From IMG/VR virus record IMGVR_UViG_3300028767_000024, positions 1-57,933 of that record: DNA of 57,933 bases. One strand, written 5' to 3'. Within the stretch, counting starts at the first letter, position 1; each line of letters opens with the position of its first letter. Shown piece after piece: positions 56,045 to 57,933 of the stretch. The DNA is from a virus. Its lineage: Duplodnaviria; Caudoviricetes. The notes beneath the pieces are model-generated. The model was not told the origin of the DNA, did no database searches, and worked only from the letters and a program-made list of their open reading frames with translations. The translations under genes and the position numbers were made by a program.

Positions 56045-56683
56045 CTAATATTTTTTAGTCCTCCATGGGTCACTTATTCCACGTCTAAGCATCTCGTTTT
56101 TAAGTAGATCCTTGTATTTATTATGAACTTCCCTTATCTGCTCCATGGTAAGTTCGGGATCATTCATTCTGTCCTCCAATTTCGTCACAGTTCCTTCTCC
56201 ATGAGTTCGCTCTATCCATTGTGCCATGGCTTCCTGATTTCCGGCGAAATGTTTATTTTCCTGCAAGCTCTGTGGTGCCAGATTTGTAAATTCAAACTTA
56301 AGTGCCGGATACTTGTCCGAACGAATGTAATGCCCTGTTTGCAATCGTTTATCATTTACTTTATACTTCAGTTCGGGATTAGTGGCGCAATGAACCCATA
56401 AATTATCGTCCGCATATTTTAGGCAAATAAATCTACTTACCAACTTCCATGTCTGGTTATGATACCCTTTTTTTGCCTCATCCTTTCGATCCTGACGAGC
56501 TTTCTCTAACTCCGCAGTAGTTTGTACCCTTTGATCTTCTAACTGTCTTAAAACGGCTAAAATCGCGTGATCCTCGCAATAGGGTTTAAACTTACCTTCA
56601 CGAGTCGGATCAGGCATTCGGGTTTTATCGCATCCTGGTTCTTTGCAGATATTTTTTAGCTTTGGTAGTTTTTTGGTTCTCAT
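56045..56683 (-). CDS. NinG-like recombination endonuclease with N-terminal zinc-finger-like segment
   Basis: WKLVSRFICLKYAD..VHCAT..LQTGHYIRS..LKFEFTNLAPQ..NKHFAGN..HGEGTVTKLE; N-terminal CKEPGC...YCEDH. Confidence 0.65.
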   Translation of the reverse strand: MRTKKLPKLKNICKEPGCDKTRMPDPTREGKFKPYCEDHAILAVLRQLEDQRVQTTAELEKARQDRKDEAKKGYHNQTWKLVSRFICLKYADDNLWVHCATNPELKYKVNDKRLQTGHYIRSDKYPALKFEFTNLAPQSLQENKHFAGNQEAMAQWIERTHGEGTVTKLEDRMNDPELTMEQIREVHNKYKDLLKNEMLRRGISDPWRTKKY

Positions 56684-56883
56684 TTCTTTGGTTTTAAAAT
56701 ATTAATTGGCGGTAATCCGAATTCAATACAGAACCTATCATAACATAGGGCAGCTTCTCTCTCGGATTTACAGCACTTCTTTTTATAAACATACTTATGC
56801 ATCAACTGAGCCATGTAACACACGTACTTACCGTTTAAGATAATCGGATACACGCCCTTAAATTTGGATTTTGGTAGGGTCAT
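56680..56883 (-). CDS. small AP2-like DNA-binding protein
   Basis: SKFKGVY..YMAQL..SEREAALCYDR..GLPPIN. Confidence 0.6.
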   Translation of the reverse strand: MTLPKSKFKGVYPIILNGKYVCYMAQLMHKYVYKKKCCKSEREAALCYDRFCIEFGLPPINILKPKK

Positions 56884-56886
56884 TTT

Positions 56887-57933
56887 CTAAAATGGTTTAT
56901 CGTCTTCGTATTCAAAATTAGAATTTACCGGCATCTTTGAACTCACGTTTTGTATGTCGGGATAATCTTCGTACTGAGGATTCATATCATAGAACTGAGT
57001 CATGTCCTCGTTTGCTCTTATCGGTATGTCATAACACTTTCCGCGACGATGCTTTGCAATAGATAAAATCAAATCATCATTCTCGTCCTTGAATGGGAAT
57101 AGGATTATATCCGTGTCCTGCTCTAAACTTCCTGATTCCCTGAGATCACCCTTTCGTGGCTTTGCTCCGGCACCCCTTGTTTCTACTTCACGGTTAAGTT
57201 GGGCCAATGCCATTAGCGGCACATGACAATCAAGAGTAACACTTTTAAGGGTTCTGCTTATTTTGCTTATTTGCTGTTCCCTTATCTTGGATTCTTCTTC
57301 GGGAGGAATAAGCTGAAGATAATCAGCAAATACCATGTCGCACTTGCCGGACTTGATATTTTTTTTTGTGTTGGATTTTATCTTGCCAGATTTAATGTCA
57401 GATTTGTCATACCAAAGTATAGGTAGTTTTCTTAAAATCTGATTAGCCCTATTTATTTCATCCCAATCCAATTCAGTAAACTTGGCGTCCCTCACTTTGG
57501 TTCTACTTACGCCTGACTCGCCGGAAAGAATTATTCGATATAAGTCTTCAGAGTTCATTTCGTATCCGTAAACGTTCACCCAAAATCCAGCCTTAGCCGC
57601 TACAACTATAAATCTAAGCATTAACGAAGTCTTTCCTACAGATGGTCTTGCCGCAAGGATTATAAAGTTAGGTGATCTCCACCCAGAAGTCCCCTTATCC
57701 AATTCAAAAAATCCTGTTGGTATTCCGATCAGCTTTCCTTCTTTGGCTTTTTCGTAATCTTCCTTCAACTCTTCTATGGTTTTTTCCGCCACGGCTTCCG
57801 TAGACTTACAGCCATCTGCGCCACCGGAACCATTACTTAAATTTTCAATAGAACTTTCAGCAAACGCAAGAAGATCATCTACGTCCTGCGTGTCATCGTA
57901 TGCCTGAGTCTGAATCATGGTTCCAATTCTAAT
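56887..57933 (-). CDS. dnaB: replicative DNA helicase DnaB (5'-truncated)
   Basis: GIPTGFFELD, ILAARPSVGKT, ADYLQLI, REQQISKISRTLK, LAQLNREVE, DLRESGSLEQDTD, IAKHRRG; frame open to the window edge. Confidence 0.95.
   Translation of the reverse strand: MRIGTMIQTQAYDDTQDVDDLLAFAESSIENLSNGSGGADGCKSTEAVAEKTIEELKEDYEKAKEGKLIGIPTGFFELDKGTSGWRSPNFIILAARPSVGKTSLMLRFIVVAAKAGFWVNVYGYEMNSEDLYRIILSGESGVSRTKVRDAKFTELDWDEINRANQILRKLPILWYDKSDIKSGKIKSNTKKNIKSGKCDMVFADYLQLIPPEEESKIREQQISKISRTLKSVTLDCHVPLMALAQLNREVETRGAGAKPRKGDLRESGSLEQDTDIILFPFKDENDDLILSIAKHRRGKCYDIPIRANEDMTQFYDMNPQYEDYPDIQNVSSKMPVNSNFEYEDDKPF

Noticed and set aside
3548-57426. Numerous short antisense or alternate-frame ORFs in the track (e.g. 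3548..4000-, 6444..6746+, 25454..25786+, 46060..46425+)
   Set aside because: They overlap longer, motif-supported genes and have no recognisable features
1-57933. Stop-codon reassignment, tRNA genes, integrase
   Set aside because: Long genes are intact under the standard code; no cloverleaf or recombinase motifs were seen

Overview
This window is most of the genome of a tailed phage, probably podovirus-like, and is truncated at both ends. It probably infects Bacteroidota, given the TAnnTTTG promoters, a DUF5675 lysin and Fib_succ_major/DUF1566 domains. Positions 1-5711 (+) hold a run of small early or accessory genes, a putative DNA methyltransferase and a ~500-nt structured non-coding island. 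Almost everything else is on the - strand. Read right to left it contains: DnaB helicase, NinG-like, annealing/exonuclease and DnaA-C-terminal-like genes; two homing endonucleases; two GroES-like genes; a displaced tail fibre and an Ig-like protein; a crAss-related morphogenesis block (TerL, portal, scaffold, major capsid, ring and stabilisation proteins, three ejection-type proteins); a receptor-binding cluster; and lysis genes. I saw no tRNA, CRISPR array, integrase, reverse transcriptase or virion RNA polymerase. Four things stand out. (1) Three sequence-unrelated leader RNAs share one promoter + kissing-loop/pseudoknot + terminator-like hairpin architecture; two precede the homing endonucleases and one precedes a large non-coding structured region. 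(2) That ~300-nt structured region itself. (3) Nested cassette insertions in the receptor-binding genes, namely a DUF1566 cassette splitting an InlB-B-repeat across two genes and one circularly permuted Fib_succ_major domain inside another. (4) Hypervariable tandem-repeat solenoid proteins. All family calls come from motif recognition by eye, not from database searches.
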